A DNA stretch of 64,000 bases from Longimicrobiales bacterium (GCA_965249725.1 CBDFMQ010000002.1:1888001-1952000), one strand, 5' to 3'; shown: positions 11,053 to 19,732, counted from the first letter of the stretch. Numbers and translations are program-made. Notes: a model not told the origin generated them from the sequence alone.

Positions 11053-11838
11053 TTGTTGCGTCATGCACTCAATCTCACTCCCCTATCCGGATCGCAGCAA
11101 TGGCCGCGCCTTGCGGTGGCCCGCCTGGGAAGGCTACAAATCCTCGCGACCTGCCACTTCTCGGAGGATCAACAACTGTCCAGTCGATATCGAGCAGACA
11201 ACGTGCCTGGCACGTTCCGTATTCCTTACCTGGTCTACGGGTACGTTGTGGGAGGCCTCTGGTTCACCTGGATCGTGCTGCTTCAGCTGACGCTGAGAGT
11301 CCGAGTTACCGGCACCGAAAATGTACCCAACGGCTCGAACTTCATCCTGTGCCAGTGGCATGAGTCTGGGCCGTTGGCGATTGAAACATGGGCGCCGCGT
11401 CTTCCCGCCTATTTGCGACAGCGGCCGCACGCTTGGATCGTGCACTCGGACTGGTATACGAAGCCGGTTTGGGTCCTCCTGAGATTGATCGGCGTACAGA
11501 AACTCGTTTCCGCGTCGGTGGGAAATGGCCGACGCGAAGCCGCGGAGGAGATCGTGGGCTTCCTCAAGAAGGGGTACTCGACCTTTGTCACTCCGGACGG
11601 TCCGAAGGGGCCGGCGCGAATACTGAAGAAAGGTGCGCTCCACATGGCGGTTCAGAGTGGCGTGCCGATCCTTCCCGTGCGCATTTCCGCGAACCGCTGC
11701 TATCGCACCGACTCATGGGACCGAAAGATGCATCCGCTGCCCTTTTCCACCATTCATGTGGACGTCGGAGCCCCGATCGCTGTGACGAGCAGCAACTTCG
11801 ACGAGAGCATCGAAGCACTGACCGACGCTCTCGGGTAG
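11053..11838 (+). CDS. Lysophospholipid acyltransferase-like (DUF374) protein; true start probably near 11200
   Basis: 'ILCQWH', 'TPDGPKGP..KKGALHMA..SGVPILP', 'SWDR..PLPFS'. Confidence 0.75.
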   Translation: MLRHALNLTPLSGSQQWPRLAVARLGRLQILATCHFSEDQQLSSRYRADNVPGTFRIPYLVYGYVVGGLWFTWIVLLQLTLRVRVTGTENVPNGSNFILCQWHESGPLAIETWAPRLPAYLRQRPHAWIVHSDWYTKPVWVLLRLIGVQKLVSASVGNGRREAAEEIVGFLKKGYSTFVTPDGPKGPARILKKGALHMAVQSGVPILPVRISANRCYRTDSWDRKMHPLPFSTIHVDVGAPIAVTSSNFDESIEALTDALG

Positions 11839-11901
11839 AGAAAGACAGTCCCGCACCGGCAAAAAATCGAGGGGGTGCAGTGCTGGACCCCGTGCGCTGC
11901 T

Positions 11902-13326
11902 CTACTCCTTCAGCACGCGCTCGATCTTCGAAGGCTCCTGCATGATCTGTTCGATGGCGTCGGCGTCAAACGGGACGATGTGCTCCGTGAAGGGCTCGAA
12001 CCCGGTATCCGTGATCGCACCGCAGTCTTCCACCTGAATCATGATGTTCAGCTCGGGTATGACCCACGCGGGGGGCTCGTAGGCGAGCACCTGCCCCGGC
12101 CTGAGCGGCTCGGCGTAGTCGCCCGCGTCCCGGACGTAGTGGCCGAGGAAGTGTCCCATGCGGTTGTAGGGTTCGAGCTCCTCGATGAACCTCGCCAGCT
12201 CGCGCTCGAGGACCGGGTGCTTCGTCTTTTCCTTCCCGAGCTCGGCGATGTAGTCCTGCACTAGGTCGCGGAACGTCTTCCCAGGACCGATCTCCTTCTT
12301 CGCCCTCAGGAACGGAAGGGTGTAGAGGTCGTATGCCTCCCGCTGCTCGTCGGTGAACGTCCCCGAGATCGGGAAGGTCCGCGCCATGTCCGCGTAGTAG
12401 TAGTTCACCTCCATCGCCCAATCCAAGAACACGAGATCGCCGTCGCGGATCTGGCGGTCCTTCCAGTCGTAGTAGTTCCCGATATACTGCCCCGCGCCAC
12501 GGAGCAGTATGTTCTCACCGGACTCTACGATCGGTAGCCAGGCGGGGCGGTTCCCGCCGAGCGAGCGGCTGGTGAACCAGGCCACCGCGGCCAGCTCGCG
12601 ATCGTAGACACCGGGCTGGGCGAAACGCAGCACTTCGAGGTACGCGAGCGCCGAGACGCGCGCGCTCTCTCGGATCTGCTCCAGTTCGAACTCGTCCTTG
12701 ATGGCTCGTTGCTCGAGCAGTGGCCGGGAGAGGTTGCGGATTTGCAGATAGGGAAAGCGGTCGCGAATCGATTCGGCGAGATCCTCCTCGGGGTACCGGA
12801 GATCCCTGAGGCCGGGCGGCGTGGTCCCGGTATACGAGTCGGGAATGAAGATGTCGGTGGCGGCTGGGCCCAGGACCCAGCACGTGTCCACTCCGTCGTG
12901 CTCGATGGTCTGGTAGACGTAATGCACGAAGTCTCGCGCTGCTTTTATCGAGTCGATGCCGGAAGCCCGAATCTCCTCGGCGAGCTGACGCTCCACCGTT
13001 TCCGCCACCCCCTCCCGCCGGGATGCGGGGCCGTAGACCGTGTCCACGGTGAGCCCGCCGAGATCCGGGAGGAACACCACCGCCTCTCGCCGCGCCCCGT
13101 TCAGGACGAGATACAGGTTCGGCACCTCGATGCCCGTCAAGTAGAAGAAGTTCTCCTCCTGCTTAAAGGCGTCGTGGATGTGCTCGGGATTGAAGCGCAT
13201 CAGCATGCGGATGCGGTTCCCGTCGGGCTGCGCTCTCAGGACGGCGACTGACTTGGGCCCGATGTCGTCCAGCAGACGGTCTCTGCGGTCGCGCAGAGCG
13301 TCGGTTGAGGCTTTCTCGGTAGCCAT
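11902..13326 (-). CDS. Xaa-Pro aminopeptidase (M24) family
   Basis: 'FKQEENFFYLTG', 'RAIKDEFEL', 'DLVFLD..YYADMARTFP', 'GHFLG', 'YEPP', 'VED'. Confidence 0.88.
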   Translation of the reverse strand: MATEKASTDALRDRRDRLLDDIGPKSVAVLRAQPDGNRIRMLMRFNPEHIHDAFKQEENFFYLTGIEVPNLYLVLNGARREAVVFLPDLGGLTVDTVYGPASRREGVAETVERQLAEEIRASGIDSIKAARDFVHYVYQTIEHDGVDTCWVLGPAATDIFIPDSYTGTTPPGLRDLRYPEEDLAESIRDRFPYLQIRNLSRPLLEQRAIKDEFELEQIRESARVSALAYLEVLRFAQPGVYDRELAAVAWFTSRSLGGNRPAWLPIVESGENILLRGAGQYIGNYYDWKDRQIRDGDLVFLDWAMEVNYYYADMARTFPISGTFTDEQREAYDLYTLPFLRAKKEIGPGKTFRDLVQDYIAELGKEKTKHPVLERELARFIEELEPYNRMGHFLGHYVRDAGDYAEPLRPGQVLAYEPPAWVIPELNIMIQVEDCGAITDTGFEPFTEHIVPFDADAIEQIMQEPSKIERVLKE

Positions 13327-13401
13327 GAAGCCGTCTTTCTCTCAAAGGGTGATGCCGTCGAGGCGAAGCCTGTTCCAACGTCCGTCGATCACGAGATTCG
13401 C

Positions 13402-14703
13402 GTGGTGAAAGAACCGAGTTCGCGGGGAGGAGCGGGGTCGCACCCACCGGGACTCTACGTGCTGTTCTTCACCGAGATGTGCGAACGGTACAGCTTCTAC
13501 TCGATGCTGGCCATTCTCGTCCTCTATATGGACGAGGCCCTCCTGTTCTCGCAGAGCGAGATCGGTCAGGTGTACGGAGGCTACAACGCCGCCGTGTGGT
13601 TTCTCCCCCTTCTGGGCGGCGTGATGGCCGATCGACTCCTCGGCTGCCGTCGTGCGGTGTTCGTCGGTGGCATCTTGATGGCCGGTGGCCATCTCCTGCT
13701 CGCCCTCGAGAGCATTGCCACGTTCTACCCGGCGCTCGCGCTGCTCGCCTGCGGCGTTGGGTTATTCAAGCCCAGCGTGTCGACCCTTGTTGGGAATCTC
13801 TACCGCGACCGCCCGGCGCTCAGAGACGCGGGGTTCAACATCTTCTACATGGGCGTGAGTCTGGGTGGCATTGTGGCACCTTTTGCCGTGGCGTACCTCC
13901 GGGCCACGCGCGGGTGGGGGGCAGCGTTCGGTTCTGCGGCCGTCGCGATGTTCCTCTCGCTTGCGATCTTCGCCGCGTTTCGGCGGCACGTCGTCGATAG
14001 TGGTGCCGGAGCGCTGCGGGTCGAGGAGGGGGCGGACCTGTCGCCGGCCGAGGCGCGGGCCCGGCTGGTGGCGCTCCTCGTGGTGTTCATCATCATGATC
14101 CCGGTCTGGATTCCGACCTTTCAAATCGGCTTTACGCTGACCCTCTGGGCACGCGACAACGTTCAAACCTCGCTCCCGCCCGAGGTATTTCAGTCGCTCA
14201 ATCCGCTCACCATCGTGGCGGGCACGCCGCTGATTGTCGCGCTGTGGAGCCGCCTTAGGCTCCGGGACGCCGAGCCGCCTGGCTACGGTAAGATGTTTCT
14301 CGGCATCCTGATCATCACGGCTGGGGTGGCCGTGGTCGTGCTCGCCGGGCTAAGCGGTGGCGATACGGAACGGGTGTCCGTCGTGTGGCTGGTCGCTGCC
14401 ATGGTCCTGATGTCGGCTAGCGAGCTGTTCACCACGCCCCCGGGACTCGCAATGGTCACCCGGGTCGCTCCCCCGCAGATCCGCGGGACCCTGATGGGCG
14501 GTTGGTTCGTGACGCTCGCTGTGGCGGCCTACATTTCCGGATGGCTTGGCACCCTTTGGGACCGCATCCCGCACAGCCAGTATTTCATGCTGATCGGCGC
14601 GCTCACGACGATATCTGCGCTGGCACTGGCGTGGGCGGGCAAGCGGCTCGGCCCCGTGCTGTTGGCCGGGGCATCTAGAGCCGATGATTCGGTGGCCGGA
14701 TAG
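13402..14703 (+). CDS. Proton-dependent oligopeptide transporter (POT/PTR, MFS)
   Basis: 'LFFTEMCERYSFYSM' (ExxERF-like), 'GGVMADRLLG', 'GLFKPS..VGNLY', 'DAGFNIFYMG'. Confidence 0.92.
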   Translation: MVKEPSSRGGAGSHPPGLYVLFFTEMCERYSFYSMLAILVLYMDEALLFSQSEIGQVYGGYNAAVWFLPLLGGVMADRLLGCRRAVFVGGILMAGGHLLLALESIATFYPALALLACGVGLFKPSVSTLVGNLYRDRPALRDAGFNIFYMGVSLGGIVAPFAVAYLRATRGWGAAFGSAAVAMFLSLAIFAAFRRHVVDSGAGALRVEEGADLSPAEARARLVALLVVFIIMIPVWIPTFQIGFTLTLWARDNVQTSLPPEVFQSLNPLTIVAGTPLIVALWSRLRLRDAEPPGYGKMFLGILIITAGVAVVVLAGLSGGDTERVSVVWLVAAMVLMSASELFTTPPGLAMVTRVAPPQIRGTLMGGWFVTLAVAAYISGWLGTLWDRIPHSQYFMLIGALTTISALALAWAGKRLGPVLLAGASRADDSVAG

Positions 14704-14746
14704 AGAGGACGAGTACCGCTAAGACCCTGTAAGATCCGTTACGCGG

Positions 14747-14788
14747 GAAAAAGCCCCCAGATGTGAGCACATCTGAGAGCCGAGCGGA
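14747..14788 (-). repeat. Second copy of the tRNA-array terminator hairpin
   Basis: GAAAAAGCCCCCAGATGTGAGCACATCTGAGAGC matches 15185-15218 with 1 mismatch. Confidence 0.85.
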
Positions 14789-14853
14789 CTTTGAGGGCGA
14801 TCTGGCACGGAGTTCTGGCGTCAGACGTCCGCTCCACCCGTTCGGCGCCGCCG

Positions 14854-15105
14854 CTAGGGGCGTCCGAACCGCGTCTCGAATCGATCGAAGCGTCCTTCAA
14901 GGCGGTCGATTCGCTCGGCGTTCCCTGTCACGCCCTCGGCCACCGCACGCAGGTCGTGGCCCAACTGTTCTTGGCCCACCTCAACACGGGTCAGCTGATC
15001 ACCGTGCTCCTCGTAGATGCGGCCGACCATCTCGTAGTTTCGCGAGATCCCCTTCGCGTTCTCTTGGATCAGGGATCTCAGTTCCTGGAATTGCCGTCGG
15101 GTCAT
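14854..15105 (-). CDS. Small coiled-coil hypothetical protein
   Basis: 83-aa ORF with heptad-like 'ERIDRLEGRFDRFETRF' and a purine-rich RBS. Confidence 0.6.
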   Translation of the reverse strand: MTRRQFQELRSLIQENAKGISRNYEMVGRIYEEHGDQLTRVEVGQEQLGHDLRAVAEGVTGNAERIDRLEGRFDRFETRFGRP

Positions 15106-15184
15106 CGGTCCCCGGAGTGCTTGGAAGGCTCAGAAGCGCAATCTACGTATCGGGGCCGAGCTGGAACATGTCTGGTTGAGACAA

Positions 15185-15218
15185 GAAAAAGCCCCCAGAT
15201 GTGAACACATCTGAGAGC
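15185..15218 (-). terminator. Rho-independent terminator of the tRNA array
   Basis: Minus strand GCTCTCAGATGTG-TT-CACATCTGGGGGC followed by TTTTT, directly after tRNA-Ser(CGA). Confidence 0.85.
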
Positions 15219-15222
15219 TAAG

Positions 15223-15306
15223 CGGAGCCGGTGGGACTCGAACCCACAAGTCCTTTTGGGACGCCGGTTTTCGAGACCGGTGCAATACCAGTTATGCGAC
15301 GGCTCC
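15223..15306 (-). tRNA. tRNA-Ser(CGA)
   Basis: Cloverleaf with anticodon arm CCGGT-CT-CGA-AA-ACCGG, long variable arm, GGTTCGAGTCC. Confidence 0.93.
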
Positions 15307-15345
15307 ATGCTGTCGCGGGTGGGTCTAGGTGAAGTGTGTGTATAG

Positions 15346-15419
15346 TCGGGGCGCCCGGATTCGAACCGGGGACCTCTGCGTCCCGAACGCAGCGCTCTAC
15401 CGGACTGAGCCACGCCCCG
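15346..15419 (-). tRNA. tRNA-Pro(CGG)
   Basis: CGGGGCG..CTGCG-TT-CGG-GA-CGCAG..GGTTCGAATCC..CGCCCCGA. Confidence 0.95.
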
Positions 15420-15454
15420 ATTTACTGCAACAACGACACCGGTCTATTCCTACC

Positions 15455-15605
15455 GGCGCCCGGATGGAGCTGCGGTCGCCTTCGGCGATCCTCGCTCGTC
15501 TCGGCGGATACCACCTCGATCTTCGAAACCGACCCGCCGCCTCGGCTCGAACCGGGGACCTCTGCGTCCCGAACGCAGCGCTCTACCGGACTGAGCCACG
15601 CCCCG
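15455..15605 (-). pseudogene. Interrupted tRNA-Pro(CGG) copy 1 with an 81-nt T-loop insert (15466-15546)
   Basis: Identical to the intact tRNA up to GGTTCGA, then the insert, then ATCCGGGCGCC; last acceptor bases diverged. Confidence 0.88.
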
Positions 15606-15640
15606 AATTACTGCAACAACGACACCGGTCTATTCCTACC

Positions 15641-15792
15641 GGCGCCCGGATGGAGCTGCGGTCGCCTTCGGCGATCCTCGCTCGTCTCGGCGGTTACCTC
15701 CTCGGTCTTCGAGACCCTAACAGGCGCCTCGGCTCGAACCGGGGACCTCTGCGTCCCGAACGCAGCGCTCTACCGGACTGAGCCACGCCCCG
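15641..15792 (-). pseudogene. Interrupted tRNA-Pro(CGG) copy 2 with an 82-nt T-loop insert (15652-15733)
   Basis: Same layout as copy 1; tandem period 186-187 nt. Confidence 0.88.
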
Positions 15793-15868
15793 AATTCACA
15801 TCTGACCGCCCAAAACACGTTTCCGCGGAAACGTGACATACGGGAGCAAGCGGGCGGTACTTCCAACC

Positions 15869-15965
15869 ACGGGGTGGGATTGGCCGAGCTCCGCTCGTCC
15901 GTCTCGGCGAAGATCACCTCGATCTTCAATACCAGCCCGACGCCTCGGCTCGAACCGAATCCCAC
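15869..15965 (-). repeat. tRNA-Ser(GGA) 3' fragment with a 69-nt T-loop insert (15881-15949)
   Basis: GTGGGATTC-GGTTCGA-[GCCGAGGCG...CGCCGAGAC...]-ATCCCACCCCGT matches the 3' end of the adjacent Ser(GGA). Confidence 0.85.
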
Positions 15966-15990
15966 ACACTACGCATTCAAATACTTGAAA

Positions 15991-16074
15991 CGGACGGGGT
16001 GGGATTCGAACCCACGAGGGTGTTAACCCACACGATTTCCAATCGTGCGCCTTAAGCCGCTCGGCCACCCGTCC
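15991..16074 (-). tRNA. tRNA-Ser(GGA)
   Basis: CACGA-TT-GGA-AA-TCGTG anticodon arm, long variable arm. Confidence 0.95.
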
Positions 16075-16106
16075 TGGGGGAGAGCCGTTTGCGGGCTCTC
16101 AGGCAA

Positions 16107-16207
16107 CGGAGGGAGTGGGATGGGCCGAGCTTCGCTCGGCGGTCTCGGCGAAGATCACGCTGCTCTCCGAAGAACACCCTGCCGCCTCGGCTCGAACCGA
16201 ATCCCAC
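16107..16207 (-). repeat. tRNA-Ser(GCT) 3' fragment with a 70-nt T-loop insert (16122-16191)
   Basis: GTGGGATTC-GGTTCGA-[insert]-ATCCCACTCCCTCCG matches the 3' end of the adjacent Ser(GCT). Confidence 0.85.
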
Positions 16208-16233
16208 ATCCTACGCGTTCTCGTACCTCTTAG

Positions 16234-16317
16234 CGGAGGGAGTGGGATTCGAACCCACGCGGACTTGCGTCCAACGCCTTAGCAGGGCGTCGCCTTAAGC
16301 CACTCGGCCATCCCTCC
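16234..16317 (-). tRNA. tRNA-Ser(GCT)
   Basis: ACGCC-CT-GCT-AA-GGCGT anticodon arm. Confidence 0.95.
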
Positions 16318-16340
16318 CAGAGTGTGGTGTTCCTCACCAA

Positions 16341-16413
16341 TTGCCCCTCTAGGGCTCGAACCTAGACTCTCCGGAACCAGAATCCGGCGTGTTGCCAGTT
16401 ACACCAAGGGGCA
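16341..16413 (-). tRNA. tRNA-Gln(CTG)
   Basis: CCGGA-TT-CTG-GT-TCCGG anticodon arm. Confidence 0.95.
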
Positions 16414-16419
16414 CTTAAG

Positions 16420-16492
16420 AGCCACCTGTCGGATTTGAACCGACGACCCCGTCATTACGAGTGACGTGCTCTACCAACTGAGCTAAGGTGGC
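16420..16492 (-). tRNA. tRNA-Thr(CGT)
   Basis: CGTCA-CT-CGT-AA-TGACG anticodon arm. Confidence 0.95.
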
Positions 16493-16499
16493 AAAACAA

Positions 16500-16572
16500 T
16501 GGAGCCGAGGGGAATCGAACCCCTGACCTCAGCGTTGCGAACGCTGCGCTCTCCCAACTGAGCTACGGCCCC
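16500..16572 (-). tRNA. tRNA-Ala(CGC)
   Basis: CAGCG-TT-CGC-AA-CGCTG anticodon arm; G3:U70. Confidence 0.95.
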
Positions 16573-16619
16573 CCAAACTCGTCGGCCACCCGGCCATTTC
16601 CGCTGAGGGCCGCCTTTAG

Positions 16620-16693
<74 letters not shown>

Positions 16694-16726
16694 GATCCTG
16701 CCATGCCTGCCTGTTCCTACACTCAA

Positions 16727-16800
16727 CGCGCCCGGAGGGATTCGAACCCCCGACCTCCTGGTCCGTAGCCAGGCACTCTATCCAGCTGAGCTACGGGCGC
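16727..16800 (-). tRNA. tRNA-Arg(ACG)
   Basis: CCTGG-CT-ACG-GA-CCAGG anticodon arm. Confidence 0.95.
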
Positions 16801-16943
16801 ATAAATGAACTCGAAGACCACTCTTTTCGCGAGGCGATTTTGGTGCAGGGCAAGGCGCCCCGACTGAGGCGTACAAACGTACGCCGCAGGGAGGGTCGAC
16901 CGTAGTCCCGACGCCACCATGCGCCAAAAGCGTCCGCGAAAAA

Positions 16944-17027
16944 TGCCCACGACAGGACTCGAACCTGTACGCCGTTTCCGACACTGGTCCCTCAAACCAG
17001 CCTGTCTACCAATTCCAGCACGTGGGC
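16944..17027 (-). tRNA. tRNA-Leu(GAG)
   Basis: CTGGT-TT-GAG-GG-ACCAG anticodon arm, variable arm. Confidence 0.95.
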
Positions 17028-17064
17028 AAGTCTGCCTGAATCAAACCGAGTCGAGCAGCACAAA

Positions 17065-17149
17065 TGCTCGAGGAGGGACTCGAACCCTCACGGGGTTAAC
17101 CCCCACAGGGTCCTGAACCCTGCGCGTCTACCAATTCCGCCACCCGAGC
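17065..17149 (-). tRNA. tRNA-Leu(CAG)
   Basis: CAGGG-TT-CAG-GA-CCCTG anticodon arm, variable arm. Confidence 0.95.
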
Positions 17150-17164
17150 CTGATTCGAAAGCAG

Positions 17165-17237
<73 letters not shown>

Positions 17238-17277
17238 CTCCACACTTCACCTATGAACTTTCAAAAAGCACATCCAA

Positions 17278-17352
17278 CGGGGCTGACGGGACTTGAACCC
17301 GCGACCTCCGGTGTGACAGACCGGCACTCTAACCAAACTGAGCTACAGCCCC
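17278..17352 (-). tRNA. tRNA-Asp(GTC)
   Basis: CCGGT-CT-GTC-AC-ACCGG anticodon arm. Confidence 0.95.
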
Positions 17353-17365
17353 TTCCCTAAAAACT

Positions 17366-17434
17366 CCGGACTAAAAGTCCGGTTACTGCCCGGACTACGA
17401 AAGTCCGGTAACTGCTCCGGACTCGTAAGTCCGG
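17366..17434. repeat. Three tandem CCGGACT-Nx-AGTCCGG hairpins
   Basis: ccggactaaaagtccgg / ccggactacgaaagtccgg / ccggactcgtaagtccgg joined by t(t/a)actgc linkers. Confidence 0.9.
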
Positions 17435-17444
17435 TTCCTACCTA

Positions 17445-17516
17445 TGCCCTCACGGGGAATCGAACCCCGATTACCAGGTTGAAAACCTGGCGTCCTAACC
17501 GTTAGACGATGAGGGC
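17445..17516 (-). tRNA. tRNA-Glu(TTC)
   Basis: CCAGG-TT-TTC-AA-CCTGG anticodon arm. Confidence 0.95.
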
Positions 17517-17538
17517 GACCCCTCTATTCGTTTTCAAA

Positions 17539-17611
17539 CAGGCCCGGAGGGACTCGAACCCCCAACCCCCGGTTTTGGAGACCGGTGCTCTACCAGTTGA
17601 GCTACGGACCT
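17539..17611 (-). tRNA. tRNA-Trp(CCA)
   Basis: CCGGT-CT-CCA-AA-ACCGG anticodon arm. Confidence 0.95.
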
Positions 17612-17653
17612 CTGATTTCAAGTGACCGCGCCTGATGCGATCCGCACTGCAAG

Positions 17654-17726
17654 TGGCCAGGGGCGGAATCGAACCACCGACACCGCGATTTTCAGTCGCG
17701 TGCTCTACCAACTGAGCTACCTGGCC
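17654..17726 (-). tRNA. tRNA-Phe(GAA)
   Basis: CGCGA-CT-GAA-AA-TCGCG anticodon arm. Confidence 0.95.
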
Positions 17727-17955
17727 GACAAAAAAACCGCCCGAGGCCAGTTGGCTGCGGACGGTCTTGCGAGAGGTGCGGGCTCGAAGTCTCTAGCCGC
17801 GCCCCCCGACCGTCGTCGATCGCGAGCTAGACCACGTATCGGCCATCGTCCATCCGCGCGCCTGCGTGGCATCCGTCTGAAACATTCGGGCCGACTCCTC
17901 AATCCAGCTTCACCATCACATGGAAACGCCGCCCGAGGGCGGCGCTGAAACCAAA

Positions 17956-18029
<74 letters not shown>

Positions 18030-18040
18030 ATGAGAAGGAA

Positions 18041-18069
18041 AAGATATTCGAGATCTCAGAAAGGTTCAA
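18041..18069 (-). promoter_or_regulatory. Sigma70-type promoter for the tRNA array
   Basis: TTGAAC-N17-TATCTT ending 11 nt upstream of tRNA-fMet. Confidence 0.65.
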
Positions 18070-18141
18070 CCCCGATCTGCGTACCTGATCCTGCTAGATT
18101 CTAGGACTCGCAAGACCATGACTGTTAGAGGAGAAGCGATA

Positions 18142-18741
18142 ATGAAGGGACGTTGGAACTGGGCCATCGTGGGCGCCGTGCTCGCCCTACCCATGGCCGT
18201 CACCGCGCAGGAGCCCATGGGTGGAATGGAAGGCATGGAGGGCATGGACCCCGAGATGCAGGAGCGGATGCACACCCTGCACCTAGCCCAGGCGGGCGAC
18301 TTCGAGACCATGAGGGACAAGTTTCTCGCCCTTGCCGACGCGTTCCCCGAGGAGACCTGGGACTGGAGCCCGATGGAAGGCGTTCGGTCCGTCCGGGACG
18401 TGATGGCCCTGATTGTGGCCGAGGGATACCACTTCCCTTCGTCCTGGGGCGTGGAGCCTCCGGCCGGAGCCGAGAGCGGGTTCGGACCCGAGATGGAGCG
18501 GGTTGGCGCGATGTCGAAGAGCGAAGTCATCGCCGAGATGGAGAAGTCCTTCGACCATCTGATCACGACAACCAGCAATCTGACCCACATGCAGCACATA
18601 GGTGACGAGGCGGACTGGTTCGGCCGCAAGGTGTCGGTCGCCAACGCCATGATGCTCGCCGGCGGAGACATGCACGAGCACCTCGGGCAGTCGATCGCTT
18701 ACGCGCGCACGAATCACATCGTGCCGCCCTGGAGCCGGTAG
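18142..18741 (+). CDS. Secreted DinB family protein
   Basis: Signal peptide, 'WSPMEGVRSV', 'HEHLGQSIAYARTNHIVPPWS'. Confidence 0.85.
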   Translation: MKGRWNWAIVGAVLALPMAVTAQEPMGGMEGMEGMDPEMQERMHTLHLAQAGDFETMRDKFLALADAFPEETWDWSPMEGVRSVRDVMALIVAEGYHFPSSWGVEPPAGAESGFGPEMERVGAMSKSEVIAEMEKSFDHLITTTSNLTHMQHIGDEADWFGRKVSVANAMMLAGGDMHEHLGQSIAYARTNHIVPPWSR

Positions 18742-18835
18742 GGACGGCCCCTAGGTAGAGGAGTACCCAACGGGGGTGCGGCCGAGAGCCGTGCCCCCGT
18801 TTGTTCTTCGGGGGCGGATTCCACGGGCCTACGGC

Positions 18836-19519
18836 CTAGAAGGCTCTGCCGAAGTCCGCCTGGAGCTGTGCTCGGGTGATCTGGGTCGGATCGAGGAACG
18901 TGGGCGAGCCCCGGAGGCAATCGGCCGCCATGAGGTTGCCCTCCTCGGTGCACGCGACGTGGACCAACCCCAGCGAGTGACCCAGCTCATGGGCGAGGAT
19001 GCGAGCCATGCTGCCCGTGACGTCGCGTTGACCCTGAGGATCGATCTCGGCGGAGACTACCACCTTCTGTCTGGGTAGGTAGGCACCGCCGAGGGTGGGA
19101 CCGAAGTCACGGATGAGGAAGACGTTCCAGACGTCGGGGTCGATGTTGTCCCGGGCCAAAACGGTCGGGAGGGCGTTGACCGGGCTGAGGGCTTGGTTGA
19201 CCAGGGCTTCGCGGAAGGCGGACTCGCTGCGGGCGTCCTCGCGGACGACGGTCTCTAGTGTCAAGGTGATGCCGGCTTGGGACCAGGTCTGGTTGACGGC
19301 GGCGATGAGGGTCTGGGCTTCCGCGTCGGTCAGGCGGGCGTTGAGGGCGTCCAGTTGGGTGGACTGCACGACGTGCAGGCGGACGTCCAGCGCGATGATG
19401 CCGGGCGTTTCGGTGGCGGGACCGGTCGGCTCATCGACGGCGTCGGAGCAGGCCCCGATGATGAAGACGACCGCTGCCAGGACCGAGAATCGGGTGGCGG
19501 AATGGGCTCTTTGCGTCAC
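18836..19519 (-). CDS. Lipoprotein metzincin zinc metalloprotease
   Basis: Lipobox-like 'IGAC'; HELGHSLGLVH zinc motif and a Met-turn 'NLM'. Confidence 0.85.
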   Translation of the reverse strand: MTQRAHSATRFSVLAAVVFIIGACSDAVDEPTGPATETPGIIALDVRLHVVQSTQLDALNARLTDAEAQTLIAAVNQTWSQAGITLTLETVVREDARSESAFREALVNQALSPVNALPTVLARDNIDPDVWNVFLIRDFGPTLGGAYLPRQKVVVSAEIDPQGQRDVTGSMARILAHELGHSLGLVHVACTEEGNLMAADCLRGSPTFLDPTQITRAQLQADFGRAF

Positions 19520-19732
19520 GTGTTCCCGCTTGGTGATGGGTGCAGGTCATACGGGCTCGCCACATGCAGGGTTCCACCTAGCGTCGAGGTAGCCCTGCAA
19601 AGGCGGAGCGCTACCCGAATCTTGGAGGGTCATCCAACCACCGCATCCGGTCCCACACATAGGCATGGCTGGCGCCCCTCCCCCACCGGCCACACCTTAA
19701 CAACGCGCTCCTTCAAGTGAGAGAGTCGACAC

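Noticed and set aside
15466..15546. Group I/II intron or hammerhead ribozyme as the identity of the insert
   Set aside because: Too short for self-splicing introns. GA-stem-GAGAC recalls a hammerhead, but the CUGANGA and GAAA core is absent.
15346..15792. CRISPR array
   Set aside because: The constant part is about 150 nt and tRNA-derived, there are only two units, and no cas genes are in the window.
15816..15835. parS site
   Set aside because: The centre is CGCG instead of ACGT and the outer bases differ; kept only as an unexplained palindrome.
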